DNA of 64,000 nt from an uncultured bacterium (GTDB lineage Bacteria > Zixibacteria > MSB-5A5 > CAIYYT01): positions 160,001 to 224,000 of the forward strand of contig CAVSCK010000004.1 of NCBI GenBank assembly GCA_963726455.1, read 5' to 3'. Numbering within the stretch: the stretch's first letter is position 1; every line of letters starts with the position of its first letter. Below, one piece after another: positions 1 to 9,948 of this stretch. Below the pieces are notes generated by a model. The model worked only from the letters and a program-made list of their open reading frames with translations, was not told the origin of the DNA and did not search any database. A program made the translations under genes and the position numbers.

Positions 1-18
1 AAAGGATAAAGACATTAT

Positions 19-1245
19 ATGCATACCAACACCGGCCACGAGATACGCCACAAAGCCGCGCTTTCGGAACGCGCCGACGAAATGCAGGCATCGCCGATTC
101 GCCGCCTGGTTCCGCTTGCCGATGCCGCCAAGAAACGCGGCATCAAAGTCTATCATCTGAACATCGGCCAACCCGACATTGTCACTCCGCCCGAAATCAT
201 GGAAGCGGTCCATACTTTCGAAGAGAAAGTGCTGGCGTACGGCCCTTCACAGGGCCTGCTGGCGTTGCGCGAGGAAATCACCAGATATTTTGCCAAGTAT
301 AATATCACGATCAGCCCCGATGAGGTCGTTGTCACCACCGGCGGCTCCGAGGCAATCATGTTCGCTTTGATGGCGATCGGCGACTCCGGCGATGAAGTCC
401 TCGTGCCCGAACCGTTCTACACCAACTACAACGGCTTCGCAACGATGTCCGCGATGAAGCTGGTGCCGGTACCGACGCATGTCGAGAACGGCTACGGTAT
501 GCCGCCGCGCGCCGAATTCGAAAAGCGCATCACGCCGCGTACCAAGGCCATCATGTACTGTTCGCCGAATAATCCGACCGGCGCGATCTTTAGCCGCAAG
601 GATATCGAAATGATCGTGCAACTGGCTATCGAAAAGAATCTCTGGATTATGGCGGATGAAGTCTATCGCGAGTTTACCTACGACGGCGGTCATCACACGA
701 GTATTCTCAGTTTCCCGGAAGTCACCGACCGCGCTATCATGCTTGACTCGATTTCCAAGCGTTTCTCGGCGTGTGGCGCGCGCATCGGCTGTCTCGTCAG
801 CAAGAGCAAACGCATTATGGATGCCGCCCTCAAATTCGGCCAGGCGCGCCTCTGTCCGCCGACGATTGAGCAACTCGGAGCCATCGCGGGGTATCAAACA
901 ATCGACAAGTTCCTGCATCAAATGATATCCGAATATCAGCATCGCCGTGACATCGTCTGCGAGGAACTCGCGCACATCCCCGGCGCCGTGTTTACCAAAC
1001 CCGCCGGCGCGTTTTACATCATGCCCAAGCTTCCGATTGACGATGCCAACAAATTTGCGCAGTGGCTTCTGACCGATTTCAGCCATGACGGCGCCACGGT
1101 CATGGTCGCGCCGGGTGACGGCTTCTACGGTTCACCGAATCACGGCAAGCATGAATTCCGTATCGCTTATGTCCTCAAAGAGGCCGACCTTCGTCAGGCA
1201 ATGAAGACACTCGTCAAAGCCGTGGAGACATACAACAAGCGCTAG
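19..1245 (+). CDS. PLP-dependent aminotransferase class I/II (aspartate aminotransferase-like)
   Basis: 408-aa ORF with LNIGQPD, SPNNPTG, ADEVY and PLP-lysine motif DSISKRFSACGARIG. Confidence 0.92.
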   Translation: MHTNTGHEIRHKAALSERADEMQASPIRRLVPLADAAKKRGIKVYHLNIGQPDIVTPPEIMEAVHTFEEKVLAYGPSQGLLALREEITRYFAKYNITISPDEVVVTTGGSEAIMFALMAIGDSGDEVLVPEPFYTNYNGFATMSAMKLVPVPTHVENGYGMPPRAEFEKRITPRTKAIMYCSPNNPTGAIFSRKDIEMIVQLAIEKNLWIMADEVYREFTYDGGHHTSILSFPEVTDRAIMLDSISKRFSACGARIGCLVSKSKRIMDAALKFGQARLCPPTIEQLGAIAGYQTIDKFLHQMISEYQHRRDIVCEELAHIPGAVFTKPAGAFYIMPKLPIDDANKFAQWLLTDFSHDGATVMVAPGDGFYGSPNHGKHEFRIAYVLKEADLRQAMKTLVKAVETYNKR

Positions 1246-1271
1246 CATCCATTCCTTCATCAGCATACGAT

Positions 1272-1299
1272 GCGCCGTCAGGAATCCCTTCCTGACGGC
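1272..1299. repeat. REP-like palindrome, family 1 (copy 1); may also act as terminator
   Basis: gcgccgtcaggaatcccttcctgacggc; identical to 3683-3710, near-identical reverse complement at 29371-29398. Confidence 0.85.
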
Positions 1300-1349
1300 T
1301 TCTTCTGTCCACGTTCAATTCACTCTGTGATAATCGAACATAAAATGTC

Positions 1350-1378
1350 TTGACAAAGTGCCTGCGGATGTCAATATT
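1350..1378 (+). promoter_or_regulatory. Putative sigma70 promoter of LVIVD-dockerin gene
   Basis: TTGACA-N17-AATATT; TTGACA/TGTCAA inverted repeat overlaps it; GGGAGG SD before ATG 1450. Confidence 0.5.
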
Positions 1379-1449
1379 GCCAACAAATACCAGTCTAATA
1401 GGCGTCGGGCTAGCGCCAACCCGGTTTTCAAGTCATAGGGAGGTTTCTC

Positions 1450-3627
1450 ATGAGCACTCGCTACTGCTGGATCGTCATTCTCGCGTGCATGCTGCCCTTC
1501 GTTTCCAGTGCAGCATCGTCTCAAACCTCGGATGATCCTCGATCGCTCGCCGATCAGAAATGGGATGGGGCTAGCAGACTACCCGGAGGCGAAACCAATG
1601 CCCCGGCCAGGTTTGCTACACCGAATGGATATTGCCCGGAGCAGGCGGAAGTTCAGATTGACTACGCCGGCAGCGGTCTCTGGAGCGATGTGATGAGTGT
1701 GGCTGTCAAAGACAACTATGTGTTTTGTGCCACCTGGAGAGGCCTGATGGCTTACGATCTTAACAGTATATCCTTCAATCCGGTGGTGAAGCTTGACTTG
1801 AATCATACCGGGACAATATATGTCTGTGTCTCCGGCGACTACGCCTTTGTCTCAACCTTCACCGGCATGAAGATCTATAACGTCGCAGACCCTTTACATC
1901 CTGTCCTAATGTCGGAATACAATGGTGGGCATGTAATCAGTCAAATCCAGGTCATCGCGAATCGCGCGTATCTGGCTGATTGCTGGGGCTTTTTCGACAT
2001 CGTAGATATCTCCAATCCTGCCGCGCCTGCGCGCGTGGGAAGCTATGCGGTGAATAGTGAAGGGACTTATTACGAGACCAGAGGGCTTGCCGTGGTCGGT
2101 GACCGGGCATACTTCATGACAGTAGTGGCTCTCCATACTCTGAATATTGCCGATGAGGCAAACCCGGCGCCGATCGCGACGATCGACTTTGGTTATTCCC
2201 AAAATTACTCATTCAGTCTTGACAACAATCTGGCCTATATCGGAGCAGAAGACAGTGTCGCCATCTACGACGTGAGCGACTTCCAAAGTCAGCTCCAAGT
2301 TGGCCGGATAGACAGCATCGATGCCGCCATGTCCATTTCGCTCAGGGACGGCGTCGCCTACGTTTCCACTTACAACAATGGTGTCTGGGCGTACAACGTC
2401 TCGAATCCACAGGCGCCATCTCTCATCTCCAAGACTCTGCCCGGCACTCGATCAGGGCCGTTAGCGTTCGCGGGAGACAAGGCAATCGTTCCAGACCTGT
2501 ACAGTGGCGCCCATATCGTCGACTTCTCCAACGTCGCCTCCCCGCTCGTTCTAAACAGCTTTGCCAATCACACACCGCTCGATACAAAAATCGTAGGTCA
2601 GTATGCTCTGGCAACAGTCGGAAAAGCCGGCCTGGATCTCGTGGATATTTCGGATGCAAGTAATCCGACGATCGTCACTAATCTGGTTATTCCCGGTTCA
2701 ACTCTGAAGGTGGAATTGAAAGGTACCCTCGCTTTCGTGCTTACGTCGGAAGGGGGGCTATACACGGTTAGTCTCAGTAACCTCCCGAATCTCGAGTTGA
2801 TTGGCTCCTGCTCTCTGGGATACCCGGCCCTGAGCATGGCAGTTGCGGGTAATTTTGTCTACATCGGCGGTGACGTGTACAGCGGGTTTTTCGTAGTGAA
2901 CGTGGTTAATCCGTCCGCACCGACTGTCACTGGACTTCTGTCCCTCGGCCACAGTATCCTGTCAATTGCTCCTGCGGGAAGTCTCGTTTACATCTATACG
3001 TATCCGGGTTTGATGACCATTAACGTCAGCAATCCGTACAACCCATACTCACTCAATGTCATGTACCCGGCTATCTGGCCTTCAACGGATATGTGCGTAT
3101 CCGGCAGCTATCTCTACGTGGGGCTCGAAAACAGACTGCAAACGTTCGATATCTCCGACCCCTCTAGTCCGACACTCTTGAATGAATGTGTGCCGACAAT
3201 ACCGGATGGAAGACTACTCAGTATGGCCTTACAAGAAAACCGCCTGTATGTATCCTATGACAACAGCAATGGCGTGTTCGCATCGAACGTGACGGAGTCT
3301 GCCAACCCTCATAGCGCGGGTTACGCGCAAATGCTGGGATCAGGTTATGGAATCGATGTCGCCGGTAATCGAATCTGCGTTGCCGCCGGTCAGGCGCTGA
3401 CCACGTTCAGTGCCAGCAGTTTCATCGTCGGCGATGCGGATGCCTCAGGCGGCATTGATATATCCGACGCCGTCTTTTTGATCGGTTACATCTTTGGCGG
3501 CGGTCCGGCGCCATCGCCGATCCGCTCTGGAGATGCTGACTGCTCCGGTTCCATCGATATATCCGATGTCGTATACCTCATAGCGTATATCTTTGCAGGT
3601 GGCGCGCCGCCTTGCTCGAATATATGA
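1450..3627 (+). CDS. Secreted LVIVD-repeat (beta-propeller) protein with C-terminal dockerin
   Basis: Signal peptide; many repeats like VxVxGxYAYV...GLxIVDISxPxxP; duplicated GDADxSGxIDISDxVxLIxYIFxGG at C-terminus (from ~3430). Confidence 0.88.
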   Translation: MSTRYCWIVILACMLPFVSSAASSQTSDDPRSLADQKWDGASRLPGGETNAPARFATPNGYCPEQAEVQIDYAGSGLWSDVMSVAVKDNYVFCATWRGLMAYDLNSISFNPVVKLDLNHTGTIYVCVSGDYAFVSTFTGMKIYNVADPLHPVLMSEYNGGHVISQIQVIANRAYLADCWGFFDIVDISNPAAPARVGSYAVNSEGTYYETRGLAVVGDRAYFMTVVALHTLNIADEANPAPIATIDFGYSQNYSFSLDNNLAYIGAEDSVAIYDVSDFQSQLQVGRIDSIDAAMSISLRDGVAYVSTYNNGVWAYNVSNPQAPSLISKTLPGTRSGPLAFAGDKAIVPDLYSGAHIVDFSNVASPLVLNSFANHTPLDTKIVGQYALATVGKAGLDLVDISDASNPTIVTNLVIPGSTLKVELKGTLAFVLTSEGGLYTVSLSNLPNLELIGSCSLGYPALSMAVAGNFVYIGGDVYSGFFVVNVVNPSAPTVTGLLSLGHSILSIAPAGSLVYIYTYPGLMTINVSNPYNPYSLNVMYPAIWPSTDMCVSGSYLYVGLENRLQTFDISDPSSPTLLNECVPTIPDGRLLSMALQENRLYVSYDNSNGVFASNVTESANPHSAGYAQMLGSGYGIDVAGNRICVAAGQALTTFSASSFIVGDADASGGIDISDAVFLIGYIFGGGPAPSPIRSGDADCSGSIDISDVVYLIAYIFAGGAPPCSNI

Positions 3628-3682
3628 AGGGCTAGTTTCCGAGATGCGCGACCTGATTAGGCATTGCAGCTCCCAATAAACC

Positions 3683-3710
3683 GCGCCGTCAGGAATCCCT
3701 TCCTGACGGC
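3683..3710. repeat. REP-like palindrome, family 1 (copy 2)
   Basis: 28-bp identical to 1272-1299, between convergent genes. Confidence 0.85.
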
Positions 3711-3741
3711 GTCTCTATTTCGTAACCAGGCATACTGTCTG

Positions 3742-4365
3742 TTACTTGGGGAAGTGTCCCACCGGCATAATATACATCGCCGTCTCATCCTTCGGCGCAC
3801 CGAGCACTTGCTCTACTCGATCTTCGTAAAACGCGCCCATCACGACCGCGCCCAGATTGAGTGACACCGCCTGCAGGAAAACATTCTGCGCCGAATGTCC
3901 GACTTCCATCGGCACATACAATTTCGCCCGTTCCTGATACTTTTGTTCACAGCGCTTATAATTCGCAGTCCAGACGATATCCACTGCCGCCTGAGTGATG
4001 GCGCCCTGTCCCAGCGCAGCCGCCGCCAGATTCTTGCGAACGTCGCCAAGCGCGATCGTCTGTAATTCGTGTCCCCGGAAGTCGTACTTGTAGATGCCCG
4101 GCTCCAGGCCGTTGACTCGACCGACTACGGCATAGATTTCGAGCGGATATAGTGCTCCGGCCGAGGGCGCAGTTCGCAAAAACCGTCCCGGATAGGTTGT
4201 CGAATCAGTCACACCCTGTGCGGCCCAAAGCAGTTGCGACAGTTCGGCAAGCGTAATTGGCACATCTTGATATGTTCTCACAGAGCGTCGCTTAAGCAAT
4301 GCCTCTTCAACGGACATGTTGCCAGTCAGAACTGGTTGTGGCAATTTGATCGCCGTTGGTTGCAT
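3742..4365 (-). CDS. SagB/ThcOx-family nitroreductase-like flavoprotein (N-terminal leader apparently out of frame)
   Basis: RRSVR, LSQLLWAAQG, RTAPSAGALYPLEIY, EVGHSAQNVFLQA motifs. Confidence 0.88.
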   Translation of the reverse strand: MQPTAIKLPQPVLTGNMSVEEALLKRRSVRTYQDVPITLAELSQLLWAAQGVTDSTTYPGRFLRTAPSAGALYPLEIYAVVGRVNGLEPGIYKYDFRGHELQTIALGDVRKNLAAAALGQGAITQAAVDIVWTANYKRCEQKYQERAKLYVPMEVGHSAQNVFLQAVSLNLGAVVMGAFYEDRVEQVLGAPKDETAMYIMPVGHFPK

Positions 4366-4369
4366 GGGC

Positions 4370-4465
4370 TTATCCTGTCCTCTTGACGGCAGGCGTCATC
4401 AGCAACAATAATAGGACGCTGACTAACAACATCGTCACGTTCCTTCGCGATACTTTCCACGACAT
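4370..4465 (-). CDS. 31-aa signal-peptide-like ORF; probably the frameshifted 5' end of the nitroreductase
   Basis: MSWKVSRRNVTMLLVSVLLLLLMTPAVKRTG* preceded by GGGGGAG SD; removing 1 nt near 4381-4385 fuses it in frame. Confidence 0.6.
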   Translation of the reverse strand: MSWKVSRRNVTMLLVSVLLLLLMTPAVKRTG

Positions 4466-4502
4466 ATTCTCCCCCTGTGTGTCCACGCGCCAAATTGAAT
4501 TC

Positions 4503-5084
4503 CTACTTCCTGCTGTACTTGCCCATCAATTCCGCTTGCGCGAGGATATGTCCCTTCATCGCGCCGAGCAAGTCATCCTTGGTTGCTTTTGCCGGCAACG
4601 TCAACATCGTATCGAGCGCATACAACTTGAAAAAATACCGATGCGTCCCGCCGGGAGGGCAGGGGCCGCCGTAACCGTATTTGCGGAAATCATTGAAGCC
4701 GTGCCGCGCACCGTTGGGCAACTTTTCGTCGTTGGCGATTTTCTCTTTCAATTCACGAACATCGCCCGGAATGTTGTACAGCACCCAATGCACCCAGACA
4801 CGTCCCGGCGCATCTGGGTCATCGCAAATCAATGCGAAGCTCTTGGCGCTGTCGGGCGCGCCTGTCCAGGCCAATTGCGGCGAAATATCGGCGCCGTCGC
4901 AGGTGAACTGAGCGGGAATCATGCCTTCCTGCTTGAAAGCCGTACTGGTAATCGAGAATGACATTTGTACACTCCCTTTTTCAGTCTGAGTTTGTTCGGT
5001 TTTTCGCGCCTGGCACACCGTCAGGATCCCAACCGCCGTTGCCAGTATAGCCATCAGAGAAAGTGCTTTGAGGAATCTGGCCAT
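4503..5084 (-). CDS. YbhB/YbcL (PEBP, Raf kinase inhibitor-like) protein with signal peptide
   Basis: FTCDGADISP, DDPDAP, WVHWVLYNIP, YGGPCPP, HRYFFKLYALD; AAGGAG before ATG 5084. Confidence 0.92.
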   Translation of the reverse strand: MARFLKALSLMAILATAVGILTVCQARKTEQTQTEKGSVQMSFSITSTAFKQEGMIPAQFTCDGADISPQLAWTGAPDSAKSFALICDDPDAPGRVWVHWVLYNIPGDVRELKEKIANDEKLPNGARHGFNDFRKYGYGGPCPPGGTHRYFFKLYALDTMLTLPAKATKDDLLGAMKGHILAQAELMGKYSRK

Positions 5085-5162
5085 ATCAAACTCCTTCATT
5101 TGCAGATAACGGAAAGAATCGCATTGTCGAAGCACACCGTCGCGCTCGATAGGAGAGAACGG

Positions 5163-6035
5163 CTACGTCGGCTCGTCGAAATGGAAATCAGTCAGTTTGA
5201 GCTTGCGCAGGAGTTCTTCAGCGACCTCCTCGATGGCGCGCTTGGTCACGTCGATTGTCTTCCAGTTTTCGTCTTTATACATTCTGCGAACGAACCGCAG
5301 CTCGTTTCTGATTTCCCTGACGTCATGATATTCGTGCAGATCTTCCTGCCCGTGAACATCGGGAAAAAGCAGTTGCGCCCGTTCTTCACGCACGCGCGCC
5401 AGTTCATCCGGCTGCATCAGCAGCCCGAAAATGATCTTGCGGTCAACGACCGACAACTTCCGCAGCAGTTGCTCTTTCATCCGGTCGTTTGGCACGATCG
5501 GAATGTTCACCACCTTCATGCCGAAATTGCAGGCGACATACATGCTAATCGGCGTCTTGCAAGTGCGCGACAGTCCGACGAGCACCAACTCTGCTTCCTC
5601 AATGCGGTAGCCGCGGCCGTCGTCATGCTCAACTGTATATCCGATGGCATCAATCTTGCGGTAGTACCGGTCATCAATAATCTGCAGTAATCCCGGCCGG
5701 TATTCGGGATGCACACCGAGAAACTTCGACATGGTCGCCAGCATCGGCTCGAGCACATTCAGATGCAGAATGTGGCGATCCTCCAGCAAATTGTGGAAGT
5801 AGTTGCGCAGGTCGTCAGAGATGATCGAAAATATCACGAGGTAGTCGTCGTCAATTCCCCGCATGATTTCGTCGACTCGTTCCTTGGTACGGACTTCTCG
5901 ATGCGTGTCAACCACAGAAAATACGGCATGCTCGGAATACTGCGACAGCACGGCATCCATCAAACGGCGCGCCGTCTTGCCGGTGCCATCCGACACAATG
6001 ACTATCTTCTTTAGCTCGTCACCCAAGCGTTTCAT
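5163..6035 (-). CDS. Pyruvate,phosphate dikinase/PEP synthase regulatory kinase-pyrophosphorylase (DUF299)
   Basis: VSDGTGKTA, HDDG, LVGLSRTCKTP, IDVTKRAIEE motifs; start uncertain. Confidence 0.88.
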   Translation of the reverse strand: MKRLGDELKKIVIVSDGTGKTARRLMDAVLSQYSEHAVFSVVDTHREVRTKERVDEIMRGIDDDYLVIFSIISDDLRNYFHNLLEDRHILHLNVLEPMLATMSKFLGVHPEYRPGLLQIIDDRYYRKIDAIGYTVEHDDGRGYRIEEAELVLVGLSRTCKTPISMYVACNFGMKVVNIPIVPNDRMKEQLLRKLSVVDRKIIFGLLMQPDELARVREERAQLLFPDVHGQEDLHEYHDVREIRNELRFVRRMYKDENWKTIDVTKRAIEEVAEELLRKLKLTDFHFDEPT

Positions 6036-6208
6036 TATCATAGGGAATGTAAACGCCCCGCCGTTTCTCCACAATAGCAAAGTTGCCGCTCTCATCGTCA
6101 CTGTAGTGGCCTGTTCCTAGTCTGGTGCGGATGTAAAGGCAGCGGTGGGCGGCGGTTTTGACCTGGCGCGCCTGTAGATTAGCCGCCTGTAATTTTCCGC
6201 ATTTTTCC

Positions 6209-6236
6209 TTGACATCGTGCGTATATCTGGTAGATT
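6209..6236 (+). promoter_or_regulatory. sigma70 promoter of rib operon
   Basis: TTGACA-N16-TAGATT with extended -10 TG, ~7 nt upstream of riboswitch. Confidence 0.7.
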
Positions 6237-6243
6237 TTTGAAG

Positions 6244-6356
6244 GTCTTCGGGGCGAGGTGAAATTCCTCGATCGGCGGTGACAGCCCGCGAGTCCCTGTG
6301 AGTGGACAGAATCGGTGAACTCCGATGCCGACGGTAAAGTCCGGATGGAAGAAGAC
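6244..6356 (+). ncRNA. FMN riboswitch (RFN element)
   Basis: tcttcggggcgaggtgaaattcc..cggcggtgacagcccgcgag..ggtgaactcc..gccgacggtaaagtccggatggaagaag; P1 gtcttc/gaagac; upstream of rib operon. Confidence 0.96.
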
Positions 6357-6458
6357 GAAGACCGCGTACACCGTAATTGCGGCATGCATAATGAATCTCG
6401 CATTCCGCGGACGCGGTCTGCCCGCCGTTTGAGGCGGCATCGGTCTTGTGACCATTGC

Positions 6459-6484
6459 CCCGAAGGTAGACTTCGGGTTTTTTT
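6459..6484 (+). terminator. Riboswitch-controlled intrinsic terminator
   Basis: cccgaag-gtaga-cttcggg followed by T7; 5' arm gccccgaag complements aptamer cttcggggc (6246-6254). Confidence 0.85.
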
Positions 6485-7568
6485 ATGGTTGTTAGTGACT
6501 ACATGCTTCGGGCGATGGAACTGGCTGAACTGGCCAAAGGCAAAACCGGTACGAATCCGCTGGTCGGCGCGGTGATCGTACGGGACGGCCGCATTATCGG
6601 TGAAGGGTATCATCATTTCTATGGCGGCGACCATGCCGAAGTCGATGCCATCAAGAATGCGCGGGAGGACGTCGCCGGCGCCGAGATGTATGTCAGTCTC
6701 GAACCCTGCTGTCATCACGGCAAGACCCCGCCCTGCACCGACGCTATCATCGCCGCCCGAATCAGCCGCGTTCATGTCGGCATGGTTGACCCGAATCCCA
6801 AAGTCGGTGGCAAGGGGATAAGCTTCCTTAAGAATGCCGGCGTCGAAATCGTTCTAAACAATCACCAGGACCAGGCACAGCGGCTGAATCAGGTATACAT
6901 CAAATTCATCACGACCGGGCTGCCGTTTGTCACGCTCAAGATTGCCCAGACACTTGACGGCAAGATCGCCGACGCCGATGGCAATTCCAAATGGATCACC
7001 TCCGAGGAGTCACGCCGTCAGGTCCACGTGTTGCGCTCGCAATCCGGTGCCGTTCTGGTTGGCGGCAATACCGTGCGTATCGACAATCCGGAACTCACTT
7101 CGCATGGCGTCGGCGACCATGATCCGTTGCGGCTGGTCTCTGACTCGCCACGGAATCGCCGATGAGAATCTGCGCGTGCTATCTCAAAACCGCGACGGCA
7201 AGACAGTCATTGTCACCGGCCAGTCGCGTGCTGACCGCGATCGTATCGACGAGACTTCCCCTCGCGCGATTACCTGGGCGCTACCCGAGGACGCAGAAGG
7301 TAGTGTCAACCTGGCCGATCTGTTACGTCACATCGGCGCTCAGAAGATTGTCGACCTCCTTGTTGAAGGCGGCGCCGAAACGTTCTCGGCATTTATTCAC
7401 GCAGGTCTCGTGGACAAGTATCTGATTGTCACGGCACCCAAACTTCTTGGCGACGGCAGGTGTTGGTTTCACGACCAGGGCCGGCGTGTTGACCAGGCGC
7501 TGAACTTGCGCCTTGACAGATCTTATGTAATCGGCGGCGATCTCTGGACGGAGGCATATCCGAGGTAA
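6485..7568 (+). pseudogene. ribD: Riboflavin biosynthesis deaminase/reductase, +1 frameshift near 7139 (pseudogene or sequence error)
   Basis: HAE and EPCCHHGKTPPC deaminase motifs in 6485-7165; reductase C-terminus (LLVEGG, APKLLG) in +1 frame to 7568; deleting T7139 gives 360 aa. Confidence 0.88.
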
Positions 7569-7570
7569 CT

Positions 7571-8212
7571 ATGTTCACGGGAATCATTCAGGATATAGGC
7601 AAAATCGAGTTGCTACGGCACTACGGCGAGAATATCGAGTTCACGATTTTCACCGGGAAACTCGCCGCTGACATTCGCATCGGCGACTCGGTCGCCATCA
7701 GCGGCGTCTGCCTGACCGCAACCGCCGTCGATCAGAAACCCAGGCAATTCACAGTGTCCGCCGTCGGCGAAACCTTGTCGCGATCTGCGTTGCGCGAACT
7801 CCGGCAGGGCGACGAAGTCAATCTTGAACTTGCCCTGCAACCCACCGACCGGCTCGGCGGCCATTTTGTGCAGGGTCATGTTGATGCCGTCGGTCGTTGT
7901 GTTTCCGTTCGTCAGCGTTCCGGCAGCCACGAACTGCAATTCGAATTTCCGCGCGAATTCGCGCCATATCTTGTCGACAAGGGATCAATTGCCATCGACG
8001 GTGTGAGTCTGACAGTCTATGACGTGACCGACACTCAATTCGCCGTAAGCGTCATTCCGCATACCTGGGAACAGACGACGCTGCGAAGCATCACCTCCGG
8101 CACGACCGTGAATTTGGAATTTGACCTGCTCGCCAAGTACATCGCCAAACAAGCTTCAGCACGCAACGGCGACGCAATCACTGAGGCCAAACTTAGAGAA
8201 TATGGATACTAA
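7571..8212 (+). CDS. ribE: Riboflavin synthase alpha chain
   Basis: MFTGII N-terminus, [20 protein letters not shown]. Confidence 0.96.
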   Translation: MFTGIIQDIGKIELLRHYGENIEFTIFTGKLAADIRIGDSVAISGVCLTATAVDQKPRQFTVSAVGETLSRSALRELRQGDEVNLELALQPTDRLGGHFVQGHVDAVGRCVSVRQRSGSHELQFEFPREFAPYLVDKGSIAIDGVSLTVYDVTDTQFAVSVIPHTWEQTTLRSITSGTTVNLEFDLLAKYIAKQASARNGDAITEAKLREYGY

Positions 8213-8234
8213 CAATAGATGAGGAACAGCAACA

Positions 8235-9473
8235 ATGGATAACGTCAGGTTAAAACGAGGTCCAGACCGGTTCTTCGACGATGTCGCTGACGCGATCGAC
8301 GACATCAACGCCGGAAAGGTTGTCATCGTTTGTGATGATGAAGATCGCGAAAACGAAGGCGATTTCATTTGCGCCGCCGAGAAAGCAACACCGGAGACGA
8401 TCAATTTCATGGCGCGTTACGGTCGCGGCTTGATCTGCCTGCTGCTGACTCGACCTGATCTGGAGCGCCTGAATCTCATGCCGATGACGCCGCACAATAC
8501 CGCGAAACTCGGCACGCGCTTCACGATCAGTGTTGACGCGATCGCCGGCACGACCACCGGTATCTCGGCGTTTGACCGCGCCGAGACGATCCGTCAGATT
8601 GTGTCAAGCGATTGCCGTCCGGAGGAACTCGCGCGTCCGGGCCATGTGTTTCCCATCGAGGCGCTGCCCGGCGGAGTGCTGGCGCGCGCGGGACACAGCG
8701 AAGCATCAGTGGATCTGGCGCGGCTGGCTGGGTTGAAACCGGCCGGCGTGTTATGCGAGATCATGTCTGACGACGGCACAATGGCGAAGGTCGAAGAATT
8801 GCGACGGATTGCCGACCAATTCCAACTCAAGATGATCACGATCAAAGACCTGATCGCGTATCGCCACCACGTCGAGAATCTGGTGCATGAAATGGCCGAC
8901 GTAGATTTTCCGACTCACCACGGCCACTTTCGATTGCATCTTTACGCCTCGGAAATCGACGATCACCATCATTTGGCGCTCGTCAGAGGCGACGTTCGTG
9001 ATAAACAGGATGTGCTCGTGCGGGTACATTCGCAGTGTCTGACCGGCGATGTCTTTGGATCGAGCCGTTGCGACTGCGGCGACCAACTGGCAGCCGCCAT
9101 GGAGATGATCGACCGAGAGGGCGCCGGCGTCCTGCTCTATATGAGACAGGAGGGCAGGGGAATCGGGCTGGCCAACAAGATCCTTGCTTACGGCTTGCAG
9201 GATCAGGGACGCGACACCGTGGAGGCCAACGAAGAACTCGGCTTCCGCGACGATCTGCGCGATTACGGCATCGGCGCGCAGATATTGGCTGATCTCGGGC
9301 TGTCGACGATTCGCTTGATCACCAACAATCCGCGCAAGATCATCGGCCTCGAAGGTTACGGTCTGAAGGTGACGGAGCGCATTCCTTCCGAGGTACCGCC
9401 GACACAACACAATATGCGTTATCTGGAAACCAAGAGGGATAAACTGGGGCATTTGTTTAACACATTGAGGTAA
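8235..9473 (+). CDS. ribBA: Bifunctional DHBP synthase / GTP cyclohydrolase II
   Basis: [44 protein letters not shown]. Confidence 0.97.
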   Translation: MDNVRLKRGPDRFFDDVADAIDDINAGKVVIVCDDEDRENEGDFICAAEKATPETINFMARYGRGLICLLLTRPDLERLNLMPMTPHNTAKLGTRFTISVDAIAGTTTGISAFDRAETIRQIVSSDCRPEELARPGHVFPIEALPGGVLARAGHSEASVDLARLAGLKPAGVLCEIMSDDGTMAKVEELRRIADQFQLKMITIKDLIAYRHHVENLVHEMADVDFPTHHGHFRLHLYASEIDDHHHLALVRGDVRDKQDVLVRVHSQCLTGDVFGSSRCDCGDQLAAAMEMIDREGAGVLLYMRQEGRGIGLANKILAYGLQDQGRDTVEANEELGFRDDLRDYGIGAQILADLGLSTIRLITNNPRKIIGLEGYGLKVTERIPSEVPPTQHNMRYLETKRDKLGHLFNTLR

Positions 9474-9478
9474 AAAGC

Positions 9479-9943
9479 ATGGGTAAGATTTATAAGGGTG
9501 AGTTAATAGCTCACGATCTGCGGTTCGCGCTCTGCGTCTCGCGGTTTAACTCATTTCTGACCGAGCAATTGCTGTCGGGCGCCATCGATTGCTTGACACG
9601 CCACGGCGCCAAGGAAGAGAACTTCGACACCTACTGGACGCCGGGTTCGTTCGAGCTGCCATATCTGGCGTCGAAATTGTTGGAGAAGCCGCGGCACGAT
9701 GCCATCATCTGCCTGGGCGCGGTCGTGCGCGGTAACACGCCGCACTTTGATTTCATCGCAGCTGAGGTTACCAAGGGCATCGCCTCCCTGGCGCTCAAGT
9801 CGGGTGTTCCTGTCATTTACGGCGTCATCACCGTAGACACGCTGGAACAGGGAATCGAGCGCGCGGGCACCAAGGCAGGCAACAAGGGTTGGGATGCGGC
9901 GTTGTCGGCGATCGAAATGGCTAACCTGTATCGGGCATTGTAG
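9479..9943 (+). CDS. ribH: 6,7-dimethyl-8-ribityllumazine synthase
   Basis: SRFN, PGSFELP, RGNTPHF, ERAGTKAGNKG. Confidence 0.97.
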   Translation: MGKIYKGELIAHDLRFALCVSRFNSFLTEQLLSGAIDCLTRHGAKEENFDTYWTPGSFELPYLASKLLEKPRHDAIICLGAVVRGNTPHFDFIAAEVTKGIASLALKSGVPVIYGVITVDTLEQGIERAGTKAGNKGWDAALSAIEMANLYRAL

Positions 9944-9948
9944 GGAAG

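Noticed and set aside
7139-7165. Programmed ribosomal frameshift in ribD
   Set aside because: No slippery heptamer, RF2-like CTT-TGA site or internal SD, and the break is mid-domain.
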